Of a stretch of DNA of 64,000 bases, positions 38,142 through 47,045 are shown piece by piece. A program made the translations under genes and the position numbers. The notes beneath the pieces are model-generated. The model was not told the origin of the DNA. It did no database searches and was given only the letters and a program-made list of their open reading frames with translations. Position 1 is the first letter of the stretch; each line of letters begins with the position of its first letter. This DNA is from Minisyncoccota bacterium (GTDB lineage Bacteria > Patescibacteriota > Minisyncoccia > Phycocordibacterales > UBA9973), in assembly GCA_041666045.1 (NCBI GenBank), contig JBAYHR010000001.1:119460-183459 (forward strand), written 5' to 3'.

Positions 38142-39107
38142 TTACTCTTCTTCATCCCCTGTCTCTCCAGATTCAATAGATTCAATAACTTCACCGATTC
38201 CACCTTCCATTATTTTTGGTAAATTATGCCAAGATTTTTTTATACGATGATCTGTCACACGATCTTGAGGATAATTATAAGTTCTTATTTTTTCTGATCT
38301 ATCTCCTGTACCTATTTGACTCTTACGTTCACCAGAATATTTTTTTGCTTCCTCTTCTTCTTTTAATTGCTGAATTTTTGCAGTCAAAATATTCAAGGCT
38401 TTCTCGCGATTAGCTTGCTGACTTCTTTCATTAGTAGAACGCACATCAAGTCCTGTAGGTTTGTGAATCAAACGCACAGCTGTCTCAACTTTGTTCACAT
38501 TCTGTCCTCCCTTACCACCAGAACGAGAATATTCCATTTCTAGATCTGCAGGATTTATTTCAAAATTAACTTTTTTCCTAATTGGTAAAATAGCTACTGA
38601 TGCAGTCGAAGTATGGACTCTCCCATTTTTTTCTGTTGCTGGAATTCTTTGCACTCTATGCACTCCTGTCTCATAACGCATTTTTTTATAAACTTCTTTT
38701 CCTTTTATTTCAAAACTAGCTTCTTTAAAACCACCTAAGTCATTTTTAGATTCATAGTTTGTTTTCCAATTCCAATTTTCTATCTCGGCAAATCTTTCAT
38801 ACATATGCGCAAGCTCCCAAGCAAATAAAGCTGCTTCGTCTCCACCAGCTCCAGCTCGCACTTCTAAAACTATTTCATTAGGGAATTCTTCTTCCTCTTT
38901 TTCTTTATCTAAAATATCTTGTATTTGTTTTTCTGTAGCACTTTTTTGTTCTAATAAAGTATCCAATTCTGTCTGTGCCATATCTTTCAAACTTTCATCT
39001 TTCATCATTTCACGCACATCATTTTCCTCGCGTTCTAAACGCTCAAAAACACCAGCTAAATAGCTCGTCTTGTGATCCTTTTTTAGTTCGTCTAAATTTA
39101 GACCCAT
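38142..39107 (-). CDS. prfA: peptide chain release factor 1
   Basis: The tripeptide anticodon PAT (RIPATE) is RF1-type, and GGQ is present (GGQNVN). The start was moved to [10 protein letters not shown]; the 31-aa N-terminal extension in the ORF track is an artefact. Confidence 0.85.
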   Translation of the reverse strand: MGLNLDELKKDHKTSYLAGVFERLEREENDVREMMKDESLKDMAQTELDTLLEQKSATEKQIQDILDKEKEEEEFPNEIVLEVRAGAGGDEAALFAWELAHMYERFAEIENWNWKTNYESKNDLGGFKEASFEIKGKEVYKKMRYETGVHRVQRIPATEKNGRVHTSTASVAILPIRKKVNFEINPADLEMEYSRSGGKGGQNVNKVETAVRLIHKPTGLDVRSTNERSQQANREKALNILTAKIQQLKEEEEAKKYSGERKSQIGTGDRSEKIRTYNYPQDRVTDHRIKKSWHNLPKIMEGGIGEVIESIESGETGDEEE

Positions 39108-39122
39108 AAAATTATAAAATAA

Positions 39123-39204
39123 AAATTCCTTAAAATTTTTTGATTCCGAGTGTCCCGCCTCGTACTCGAGGAAGGGCGCAGGAACAAAAAATTTCAAGGA
39201 ATTT
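39123..39204 (-). terminator. long composite hairpin (about 20-bp AT-rich outer stem plus GC-rich inner hairpin) followed by a U-tract; probable rpmE terminator 25 nt before the prfA start
   Basis: Outer arms AAATTCCTTAAAATTTTTTGA at 39123-39143 and AACAAAAAATTTCAAGGAATTT at 39183-39204 match in about 19 of 21 positions. The inner hairpin is CCTCG-tact-CGAGG. Confidence 0.4.
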
Positions 39205-39209
39205 GTTGC

Positions 39210-39437
39210 CTATTTCTTAGCTTTAGCTTTTATTGGAGATGCTGCACGACGCTTGTTGAAGCGATCTACTCGTCCTGCTGTATCCATTATTTTTTCATTA
39301 CCAGTATAAAAAGGATGACATTGACTACAGATTTCCATTTTAATATCAGGCATTGTTGAACCAACTTCGAAAATAGCTCCACAAGCGCAGACAGCTTTTG
39401 TATTTGTATTATATTTTGGATGTATGCCTTTTTTCAT
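39210..39437 (-). CDS. rpmE: 50S ribosomal protein L31
   Basis: MKKGIHPKY...CxC...CxxCHPFYTG. The start was moved to the Met 4 codons inside the tracked ORF. The gene ends with a TAG stop. Confidence 0.9.
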   Translation of the reverse strand: MKKGIHPKYNTNTKAVCACGAIFEVGSTMPDIKMEICSQCHPFYTGNEKIMDTAGRVDRFNKRRAASPIKAKAKK

Positions 39438-39461
39438 ATGTTTAAACACATTATCATAAAC

Positions 39462-40823
39462 TTAGTCTGAAAGCAAATCTATATCAGCTTGAATCTTCAT
39501 CTTTAAAGTCATTACACTTCTACTATAAGAACAAGTAGAACCACCAGAACCATAATATTTACAAGCTGCTTTACTTTGAGAACTTGCTGAATTTCCATAA
39601 GCTCCAAGATCAGTCAAATACATAGCTGAAGCCATAAATGCATCTTCTGGACTCCAAGGATTGGCATTATGCCCCAAAGCCTTTTTTAAACGATCTTCAA
39701 ATAATTTCCAAGTTGATGGAATAAATTGAGCTGGACCCATTGCTCCACCCCAACCTGCAACTCCAGCAATAGGACAAGACACTGCAGTTTTGTAGGGATT
39801 CAAGTTAAATTTAGCTGTAATTGTCAAAAACGGTAAAACATCACGACTTGGCTTCATTACATTTGAGAATGATTTTCCAGTATTTTTACCAACTCCCGCA
39901 CCAGTATCTGGATTAGTCAAATAACATTGTCCAACATTTGCTCCTAAATTACTTTCTTGAGTTAAAATTGCTAGTAAAAATGCTGGATCGATACCAAGTT
40001 TTCTTTTTGCTTCATTCGCATACTGAAGTGCTGTACCGAAATCAATTTTTTGAGAAATACCAGCCAAACTAAATAATGCGCTACGAATTTTGTCTGCTTT
40101 TATTTTTTTCTCTGCTGCGAGTTTTTGGTAAGCTACTGCTGTGTTTTTTGAATTTGCTAAAAGTTGTTTCTTGTCTGCTTCTATTTGAGCGGCTTTTTTT
40201 TGAGCACTTTCTAATTCATATTTAGCATCAATTTCGGCACTCTGTTTTACTTCTAAATCTTTTTTCTGCACTTCTGTTTCAGTTTTTACTCCATTAATTT
40301 CATCTACCGAAGTTTTTATTGCTTGTTTGATGGAATTATAAGATTCTAAATCGCTATAAAAATCAGAAACACTTTTATCTGAAAGAATTAAACTTAAGAT
40401 ATTTTCATCATCAAACTCATTTGTATTTCGTAAAAGTTGAGCAAGCGACTGATGTTCGCTTTTTATTTTTTCAGAAAGAGAATTAATTGTAATTACTTTT
40501 TTACTTATGTCATTTTTCAATTGAGCAATAACGAGACTACGAGCTGTTATTTTTGTTTTAAGAGTTTTAATTTGCAATGTAAGATTTGCTACCTCTGAAG
40601 CATAATTACTACTTTTTTTATTTTGACTTTCTAATTGTTTTACTAAAGTCGCATATTGAGCTTCAATTGTTGCCAACTCACTACGACAAGCAGACTCATT
40701 AGTTTTAGCATAGCTTGGATCAGAACAATCAGCACCAGATACTGGATTAGGGTTAATTAAGGTAATTCCTAAAAACGAAAATATAAATAAAACAATAAAA
40801 GCTATGACTGTATTTCGTATCAT
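39462..40823 (-). CDS. secreted coiled-coil protein with a C-terminal MltB-type (SLT_2-like) lytic transglycosylase domain
   Basis: A signal peptide and a long coiled coil, then TQESNLG and GAMGPAQFIPSTW, which resemble the family-3 lytic transglycosylase GxMQFxPxTW motif. Confidence 0.5.
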   Translation of the reverse strand: MIRNTVIAFIVLFIFSFLGITLINPNPVSGADCSDPSYAKTNESACRSELATIEAQYATLVKQLESQNKKSSNYASEVANLTLQIKTLKTKITARSLVIAQLKNDISKKVITINSLSEKIKSEHQSLAQLLRNTNEFDDENILSLILSDKSVSDFYSDLESYNSIKQAIKTSVDEINGVKTETEVQKKDLEVKQSAEIDAKYELESAQKKAAQIEADKKQLLANSKNTAVAYQKLAAEKKIKADKIRSALFSLAGISQKIDFGTALQYANEAKRKLGIDPAFLLAILTQESNLGANVGQCYLTNPDTGAGVGKNTGKSFSNVMKPSRDVLPFLTITAKFNLNPYKTAVSCPIAGVAGWGGAMGPAQFIPSTWKLFEDRLKKALGHNANPWSPEDAFMASAMYLTDLGAYGNSASSQSKAACKYYGSGGSTCSYSRSVMTLKMKIQADIDLLSD

Positions 40824-40858
40824 AGCTTTATTGTATCAAATTAATTTAAAAATTTCTA

Positions 40859-41509
40859 TTATTTTTCTTCAGTTGGAGTAGCTTCAGGTACAGCTTCCTC
40901 TTCTTTCTTTCCTTTCTTTTCTACTTCAATAGCAGATAGATCAACTGGAACTTCTTCTTTTTCTTCTTTTTGTTCAGCAACAGAAGCCACAACTTCACTT
41001 TCTTTAGTTATCATAGTTACCCCTGCTGGAAGATTTATATCAGAAACAAGAATTTGGCTACCAAGTGTTGCGAGTTTAGAAATATCAGCAATTAAATTAT
41101 GTGGAAGATCTTTAGGTAGAGCTTCAATTTCAACTTCGTGTAATACCTTAACCATTGTACCTAATCCACTCTTTACAACCTCAGATACTCCAGTGAATTC
41201 AATTTGTACTGCAACTTTAATCTTTTTATTCATATCAATAACTAGAAAATCAACATGTATTGGTTCGCCTGTTACTGGATCAACTTGAACTTCATGGATC
41301 AACACATCTATGTCTCCAGCTTCTGTTGAAACTTTCACAGTAGAAGATTCTCCGGCCTTTTCCCATATTTTTTTGAATTCAATTCTTGATATTGAAATAG
41401 AAGTTGTTGTTTTACCAGAACCATAAAATACAGCTGGTAATTCACCTCCCTTTCGTATTTCTTCTAAATTTTTATTTACATCTCTATTTTTCGCGTTTAA
41501 AGTTAACAT
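40859..41509 (-). CDS. rplY: 50S ribosomal protein L25 / general stress protein Ctc
   Basis: An L25 N-terminal beta-barrel sequence with an acidic C-terminal tail. Confidence 0.85.
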   Translation of the reverse strand: MLTLNAKNRDVNKNLEEIRKGGELPAVFYGSGKTTTSISISRIEFKKIWEKAGESSTVKVSTEAGDIDVLIHEVQVDPVTGEPIHVDFLVIDMNKKIKVAVQIEFTGVSEVVKSGLGTMVKVLHEVEIEALPKDLPHNLIADISKLATLGSQILVSDINLPAGVTMITKESEVVASVAEQKEEKEEVPVDLSAIEVEKKGKKEEEAVPEATPTEEK

Positions 41510-41554
41510 AAGTCAAAGTATATATTAAAATTTTTAAATTGCAACCCAGAACCC

Positions 41555-42427
41555 TTATTTTATACCACTAAATAGTTTTAATCTTTCTTCTACAACTTTT
41601 TCTATAGCTTCTACCCCAGACTTTAAAAATTTATATGGAGCCACTTCATTTGGATTTTCATCTAAAAATTTCTTTAATGCGTCACGATAAGCAACACGAA
41701 TTTCTGTATTTATATGAACAATATCAATTCCCTCTTTTATACAAGAAATAAAATCTTCATTCATTGTCCCAGAACCTCCATGTAAAACTAATGGCACACC
41801 CGTAGCCTCTCTGATTGCTTTGACTCTTTCTGGATGAAGACGAGGATTGCCTCCTTTGACCATTCCGTGAACATTTCCCACTGATGGTGCTAATAAATCT
41901 ATCCCAGTTTTTTCTACAAAATATTTTGCATCTTCTGGTGTCGTCATTGTGGCTTCCGACACTCCTTCAGGAATTACATCTAAAATTTTTGACGAAGTTC
42001 CAATAAAACCAATTTCCGCTTCAATTAAAATATCCCTATTTTCTTTTTTAGAAAGTTCACGCGCATAATCTACGCATTTTTTTGTAAGTAAAATATTTTC
42101 TTCAAGAGGCAATTTAACTGCATCAATAATCGCAGAATCATAACCAGCATCAAGCGAATCTTTCACAGATTCAAAACTATAATGATGATCGGCGTTTAAA
42201 AATATCGGATAATTATCTCTCTCACGAATTGCGCGAATTAAAGCGACAGCTTCGTTTTTCCCAACAAATTCCTCTTCTCCTTCAGAAAGTCCTATTATTA
42301 CTGGAAGATTTAACTTCTTCGCAGCATTATAGATACCATGTAATGCTTCCAAATTTGAAATATTAAAATGCCCTATCGCAATTCCCTTTTCATCCGCTTC
42401 TTTTATATATTCACGTAAAGTTTTCAT
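41555..42427 (-). CDS. fba: class II fructose-bisphosphate aldolase
   Basis: GIAIGHFN, a region with metal-binding His, and a HGGSG motif. Confidence 0.85.
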   Translation of the reverse strand: MKTLREYIKEADEKGIAIGHFNISNLEALHGIYNAAKKLNLPVIIGLSEGEEEFVGKNEAVALIRAIRERDNYPIFLNADHHYSFESVKDSLDAGYDSAIIDAVKLPLEENILLTKKCVDYARELSKKENRDILIEAEIGFIGTSSKILDVIPEGVSEATMTTPEDAKYFVEKTGIDLLAPSVGNVHGMVKGGNPRLHPERVKAIREATGVPLVLHGGSGTMNEDFISCIKEGIDIVHINTEIRVAYRDALKKFLDENPNEVAPYKFLKSGVEAIEKVVEERLKLFSGIK

Positions 42428-42461
42428 AACTCAATTTTAACATATCTAAAAAAATACCAAA

Positions 42462-42500
42462 ACAAAAAAGGAGCATAAGCTCCTTTAAAATTATTTTTAA
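42462..42500. terminator. hairpin terminator for the minus-strand gene 42519-43109
   Basis: AAAGGAGC-ataa-GCTCCTTT with an A-run on the plus strand, which is a T-run on the minus strand. Confidence 0.45.
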
Positions 42501-42518
42501 CAATGTTATTTGAATGAA

Positions 42519-43109
42519 TTAATAAAAAAATAAGTATCCTGCGTTCCTATCACCACTGTATGGATTGTCATACAAAGCAGTTGTAATAGAATTATTATAG
42601 CTTGGATCCCACTCAACAATCTTATCACCTTTTTCTAAAGGATCACTCATAATAAAAACGCGATCCATATTATGAATATTTAAAAATTCTTTAGTAATAA
42701 AATGAGATATTAAATAAGCAAGGTGAAACGTGATTTCTGCCGGAACAAGATAAAAATCATCAGGAAGACCATCTCTAATTAAAACCTTAGGTGAACGACA
42801 ATGTGTTGTTCTACCTTTGATTATTGCCACATGATGACTGATTTGTTCTAAGGAATCATTAAAGTTTTTATTAAAGAATCCGGATTGAATTAATTTCTTA
42901 ATTATATCATTAAGTTTAATACCCCTTAATTCTAATTCTGTAACCATAGAAGTGATAGGTTTATTAAAATCACATACATCTTCAAAAAAATCAAAACGAT
43001 TACCTAATGTTTCTGAGTCAGGCAACACATCTACAATAACAATATCATTGGCTTTTATTTTAAAATAGCCAACTTCTATTTCTATTGATTTTATTAAATT
43101 ATTTTTCAT
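42519..43109 (-). CDS. hypothetical protein
   Basis: A 196-aa ORF. Confidence 0.45.
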   Translation of the reverse strand: MKNNLIKSIEIEVGYFKIKANDIVIVDVLPDSETLGNRFDFFEDVCDFNKPITSMVTELELRGIKLNDIIKKLIQSGFFNKNFNDSLEQISHHVAIIKGRTTHCRSPKVLIRDGLPDDFYLVPAEITFHLAYLISHFITKEFLNIHNMDRVFIMSDPLEKGDKIVEWDPSYNNSITTALYDNPYSGDRNAGYLFFY

Positions 43110-43239
43110 AATATTAAGTTTAATTGGTTACCACAAAAGACATAAATCTCCTCTGAAAACCAATAAAACTTATGTGTCAAAAAACTTATCTTTGTTGAGA
43201 TAATAGCATGCGAATATTATTTTGTCTAATACTTTTATA

Positions 43240-44724
43240 TTACAAAAGTTCCTTCAATAATTTAATAACCATTTGAGGATTGGCACTACCATTACTTTCT
43301 TTTATAACCTTACCAACTAAAGACATAATAGCGTTTTCTTTACCACTCTTGTAAGTAGCCACAACTTCAGGATTTTCCCCTATTATTTTCTCTACGATTC
43401 CTTTTATAGCTCCTTCATCATTTTTCTGAATCAAATCTTTCTCTATAGCAATCTTTTTTGGAGATTTATCATTTTCTGCAATCATTGCAAAAATATCTTT
43501 AGTAGCACGAGATGAAGTTTCTCCTCCAGTAAACATATAAATAAGTTCTGAAAAATTTTCAGCACTTGGTATTTTTATATTGGGATTGCTTCTTTTAAGA
43601 CCAATAAAATCTGAAGTAATGTAATTTGAAGCTGTTTTTGTTTTATTTTTATCACCTAAAATTTTTCCAACTTTCTCAAACCAAAAACCAAGTTCTTTAT
43701 CATTTATGTAAACTTCAATATCTTCATCTTTTATTCCAAAATCATTTCTATATCTTGCACGCATTTGTTCTGGTAATTCTGGCAATTCATTTTTCATTTT
43801 TTCTAAATCCCAGCCTGAGGCTGGTCCGCCTTTGGCGGAAAATCTACTATGTAAAAACATTTTTGGAAGATCTGGTTCTGGAAAATATCTATAATCATGA
43901 CTTGATTCTTTTTTTCTTTGAGAAAAAGTTTTTTGTTTAGATTCATCCCATCCGCGAGTCTCCTGTACTATTTCATCTCCCTTTCCACTCTCCATTAGTT
44001 CTACCATTCTATCTAATTCAAATTTAATAGCTTTTTCAACACTCTTAAAAGAATTCAAATTTTTAACTTCAACTTTTGTCCCTAATTTATTTTTATCCTC
44101 GGAAACTGAAATGTTCGCTTCTACACGCATTTCACCTTTTTCCATATTTGCATCAGATACTCCTAAATACCAAAGTATAAGCTGAAGTTCTTTTGCGAAA
44201 GCCGAAGCACTTTTTGCCACTACTTCATCTGACGCATCAAAAGTATTTGGTTCTGTCACAAGCTCCATCAAAGGCACTCCTGCGCGATTAAAATCTATTA
44301 AAGAAAAACCTGCACTGAGCGTAGTCGAAGTGTCACCATCCCTATGTTTGTTGTTTGCTGTGTCTTCTTCTAAATGCACACGAGTTACATCAAAATCTGC
44401 CAAATGTCCTCCTGAAACTATTGGATATTTATATTGAGTAATCTGATAGCCTTTTGGAATATCTGGATAAAAATAATTCTTTCTATCAAATTCTGTAAAA
44501 TCTGCGATATTTCCTCCGATAGCCAAACCAACTTTTATCACGTTTTCTATAGCTTTCTTGTTGGCAACTGGTAAAGTTCCCGGATGTGCCATACAAACAG
44601 GGCAAATATTAACATTCGGTTTTTCCTCATCAGGATTGTTTTTGCAACCACAAAACATTTTTGTCTGTGTTTTTAATTCCGCGTGTATTTCAAGTCCTAT
44701 TGTCGGGTAATATTTTTTATTCAT
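43240..44724 (-). CDS. gatB: Asp-tRNA(Asn)/Glu-tRNA(Gln) amidotransferase subunit B
   Basis: N-terminus YYPTIGLEIHAELKTQTKMFCGC and a YqeY-like C-terminal domain. Confidence 0.95.
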   Translation of the reverse strand: MNKKYYPTIGLEIHAELKTQTKMFCGCKNNPDEEKPNVNICPVCMAHPGTLPVANKKAIENVIKVGLAIGGNIADFTEFDRKNYFYPDIPKGYQITQYKYPIVSGGHLADFDVTRVHLEEDTANNKHRDGDTSTTLSAGFSLIDFNRAGVPLMELVTEPNTFDASDEVVAKSASAFAKELQLILWYLGVSDANMEKGEMRVEANISVSEDKNKLGTKVEVKNLNSFKSVEKAIKFELDRMVELMESGKGDEIVQETRGWDESKQKTFSQRKKESSHDYRYFPEPDLPKMFLHSRFSAKGGPASGWDLEKMKNELPELPEQMRARYRNDFGIKDEDIEVYINDKELGFWFEKVGKILGDKNKTKTASNYITSDFIGLKRSNPNIKIPSAENFSELIYMFTGGETSSRATKDIFAMIAENDKSPKKIAIEKDLIQKNDEGAIKGIVEKIIGENPEVVATYKSGKENAIMSLVGKVIKESNGSANPQMVIKLLKELL

Positions 44725-44761
44725 CTGTTATATATTAACACAAATCTAGTTATTTTAAAAA

Positions 44762-44798
44762 ATAAAAAAGCCTAACTTAAAGTCAGGCTTTTTTTTAA
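44762..44798. terminator. hairpin with flanking A-run and T8 run in the gatB upstream region
   Basis: A stem AAGCCT/AGGCTT followed by TTTTTTTT. No protein gene lies upstream on the plus strand. Confidence 0.35.
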
Positions 44799-45034
44799 AA
44801 AAATAGGCTTACCAGATGTAATATCTCTACAGCTTCGGTTGACTCTTTGCGCTGAGTCGATTAGTCAAAAAAGTTATGGTCCAAATTTTGACATTACGCA
44901 CCTTAGCTAATAGTCTGGGTGTTACCCTCTCATCAAGCATTAACGTATCGCTTGGTTTTCAGCCTAAAAGAACTAATTCCCATATGATTAAAGAATATTG
45001 CAAAAAATAAATAAAGTCAAGCAAATACCTACAG

Positions 45035-45115
45035 TAATTTATCTTGACATTTATCGTTTTAAAATGTATCCTGAGAGTAAATCTGCTCTTAAAAATAACC
45101 TTTAAAATATCAAAT
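45035..45115 (+). promoter_or_regulatory. promoter-leader module, family 2 copy 1
   Basis: TAATTTATCTTGACATTT...GAGAGTAAATCTGCTCTTAAAAATAACC...ATCAAAT ends at the ATG at 45116. It is about 90% identical to 46493-46574 and contains a -35 TTGACA. Confidence 0.5.
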
Positions 45116-45733
45116 ATGAAAACACTAATTCTTCATTTCCCGGAAATCTCCACCATTATTTTACTAATATTAGTAATTTTTTTATGGAGAGAAATTATTG
45201 TAAAAAGAAAAATAATAAAAGTACTAAAAATTTGTTCTTTTAGAAGTCATAATGTAAATGAATTTTTTAATAAACTTAAAAAACTTAATGTTAAATCATT
45301 CCATTCCATAGAAAATGAGGTAATGCATTCCATTGAATTAATCAGCTATTCTGATCTTTGTGTATTGATTTATGGTGGTGGCTATTCAGAAAGTGGTTTC
45401 TCAAATGAATTGCCTCCAAAACTTGGAAAAGTGTTTGCTAAAATAATTAAGCGAAAGTTGAGCTTAATGGAAAATAAGTTGTTTTCTCAAATTTTTATCG
45501 AAAGTTTAGAAAGACAATTATCTTGTGATAATAACCCATACGCAGATACTTTAATTAAAGAAGCAATGCGAAGTAAAAAAGTATCAGATGAAAGGTTCCC
45601 TGAAGAATTTATTTCAACAATGGAGAATTCTATAAACAAGGAACAAGACGAAAATAAAAAAATTGTCCTAAATGGAGAATTAATAAAAATTCGTAAAAAT
45701 CTAAAAATTTTTAAAGGGATGGAAGTAGAATAA
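45116..45733 (+). CDS. hypothetical membrane-anchored protein
   Basis: The start was set at the ATG at 45116. The tracked TTG start at 45044 is the -35 box of the leader. Confidence 0.45.
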   Translation: MKTLILHFPEISTIILLILVIFLWREIIVKRKIIKVLKICSFRSHNVNEFFNKLKKLNVKSFHSIENEVMHSIELISYSDLCVLIYGGGYSESGFSNELPPKLGKVFAKIIKRKLSLMENKLFSQIFIESLERQLSCDNNPYADTLIKEAMRSKKVSDERFPEEFISTMENSINKEQDENKKIVLNGELIKIRKNLKIFKGMEVE

Positions 45734-45734
45734 A

Positions 45735-45772
45735 CAAAAAAATGCCTATTATTTAAAATAGGCATTTTTTAT
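45735..45772. terminator. rho-independent terminator (9-bp stem ATGCCTATT/AATAGGCAT followed by T6)
   Basis: Directly after the stop of gene 45116-45733. Confidence 0.6.
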
Positions 45773-46453
45773 TTCTTTTTTAAATACCTCAGAGGCCTTG
45801 CCTCTGGGATTATAAGTAATCCAATCTAAAATTTCTCTTTCAAATTCATTCTTGTTGGGGAAATAGTCTGGAAACTTTTCAATAGAAAGTATTTTTGATT
45901 GCAATCTATGTTCCCCTAAATATTCAGGGTAACTTGAGTATTTATATTCTGCGAGATACTTTTTTGTTTCTTTGACATTTTTAATACCAATTTCTTTCCA
46001 ATCTTTGTCTATCAATTTTACAGGATTAAGATGCATGTAAGAAAAAACATATTTTAAATATCTATCATTATATAAATGTTCGGCTTTAAATTTTCCTTCA
46101 AACAAGCTTCCTGTTCTTTTATGTATCGTATTAAAATACATCACATATGCAGTAGAAAATTTTTGCATAAACTTTGATATTCCATCTTCCTCTTTTTCTT
46201 TAATCAAAAGATGGAAATGATTCGGCATTAAACAAAATGTGCCAATATAAACAAATGATTCTTCTCGATCAAAATCATATTCATCTTCTACGATATCTCT
46301 AATTACAAAATTCCTTTTAGAATTGCATAAATATAATAATTTAAGAAAATGAAAATAATCTCCTTTGTTTAAAAAAATTTTTTGTTTACTATTGCCACGG
46401 TTATATATGTGGTAATACTCATCTACAGCAAATGATATTTTTCTTATACTCAT
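45749..46453 (-). CDS. tnpA: IS200-like Y1 transposase (HUH motif HFHLL)
   Basis: YHIYNRGN...CLMPNHFHLLI...Y..MHLNPVK. The last 12 or so codons run past the left-end hairpin into the neighbouring terminator, so the native C-terminus probably lies inside the element. Confidence 0.8.
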   Translation of the reverse strand: MSIRKISFAVDEYYHIYNRGNSKQKIFLNKGDYFHFLKLLYLCNSKRNFVIRDIVEDEYDFDREESFVYIGTFCLMPNHFHLLIKEKEEDGISKFMQKFSTAYVMYFNTIHKRTGSLFEGKFKAEHLYNDRYLKYVFSYMHLNPVKLIDKDWKEIGIKNVKETKKYLAEYKYSSYPEYLGEHRLQSKILSIEKFPDYFPNKNEFEREILDWITYNPRGKASEVFKKEIKNAYFK

Positions 46454-46489
46454 ACATAGTAGTATACCACAGAGGCAAGGCCTATGGGG
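45787..46489 (-). mobile_element. IS200/IS605-family-like insertion carrying only a Y1 (HUH) transposase, bounded by inverted hairpin ends
   Basis: The left end CCTCAGAGGCCTTGCCTCTGGG (45787-45808) and the right end CCACAGAGGCAAGGCCTATGGGG (46467-46489) are mutually inverted palindromic hairpins. The element sits exactly between the terminator of gene 45116-45733 and leader copy 2. Confidence 0.55.
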
Positions 46490-46492
46490 TTA

Positions 46493-46574
46493 TAATTTAT
46501 CTTGACATTTGTTATTTTAAAATGTATCTTGAGAGTAAATCTGCTCTTAAAAAATAACCTAAAAATATCAAATT
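46493..46574 (+). promoter_or_regulatory. promoter-leader module, family 2 copy 2
   Basis: It begins 4 bp after the IS right end and ends at the ATG at 46575. Confidence 0.5.
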
Positions 46575-46946
46575 ATGGTTTATATAATTTCTATTGAAAA
46601 TGTTATTTCAAATTATTTTGAAAAGAATCAAGATAAAAAAACAGTTTCTCTGTCAGTTTTAAATGATTACAAAAAAAGTATTGAAGTTCTTTTTAGAAAA
46701 AAAGGGCAAAATGTAATCATAGATTTTACAAACGCTTCATTGATTAACACGGTAGTTAATCATCCAAATCTATTTGATTTAAAAGATCAAGAAATAATTT
46801 TTAAACAGTATAGAAAAGATAAACTGGTTGAAGAAGTTAAAAACTATTTCAATTCTACATTGCCGTTTCATATTAAAGAAGATTATCTAAAAATTTTCAA
46901 AAAAGTTAATGATAAATTAACAAAAATTAAACCAATCCAAAAATGA
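46575..46946 (+). CDS. hypothetical protein
   Basis: A 123-aa ORF, unrelated in sequence to gene 45116-45733 although it shares the same leader. Confidence 0.45.
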   Translation: MVYIISIENVISNYFEKNQDKKTVSLSVLNDYKKSIEVLFRKKGQNVIIDFTNASLINTVVNHPNLFDLKDQEIIFKQYRKDKLVEEVKNYFNSTLPFHIKEDYLKIFKKVNDKLTKIKPIQK

Positions 46947-47004
46947 CTGCAAAGCAGTTGCTTTGCATAAGATCAAGGATCTTATAAAAAGTCGCTATTT
47001 ATTA

Positions 47005-47045
47005 ATATAAACCAGTAGCACGTAATGTGTTACTGGTTTTTTATT
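47005..47045. terminator. bidirectional terminator (AACCAGTA/TACTGGTT followed by a T-run) shared with the obg 3' end
   Basis: An A-rich left flank and a T-rich right flank. Confidence 0.55.

Noticed and set aside
38142-39197. Possible programmed +1 frameshift in a release factor 2 gene. The tracked ORF has a 31-aa odd N-terminal extension ([22 protein letters not shown]...)
   Set aside because: The protein carries the RF1-type tripeptide PAT (RIPATE), not the RF2 SPF, so it is prfA and has no frameshift site. The extension is an ORF-caller artefact upstream of the real Met ([10 protein letters not shown]).
44725-45034. Eye-scan for RNase P, SRP or 6S RNA motifs in the 390-bp gap
   Set aside because: No conserved motif could be recognised without covariance-model tools. 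It is reported only as a candidate region and not as a feature.
45044-45115. A TTG start at 45044 for the gene ending at 45733
   Set aside because: The TTG is the TTGACA -35 hexamer of the repeated leader module, and the same leader upstream of 46575 ends at its ATG. The real start is the ATG at 45116.
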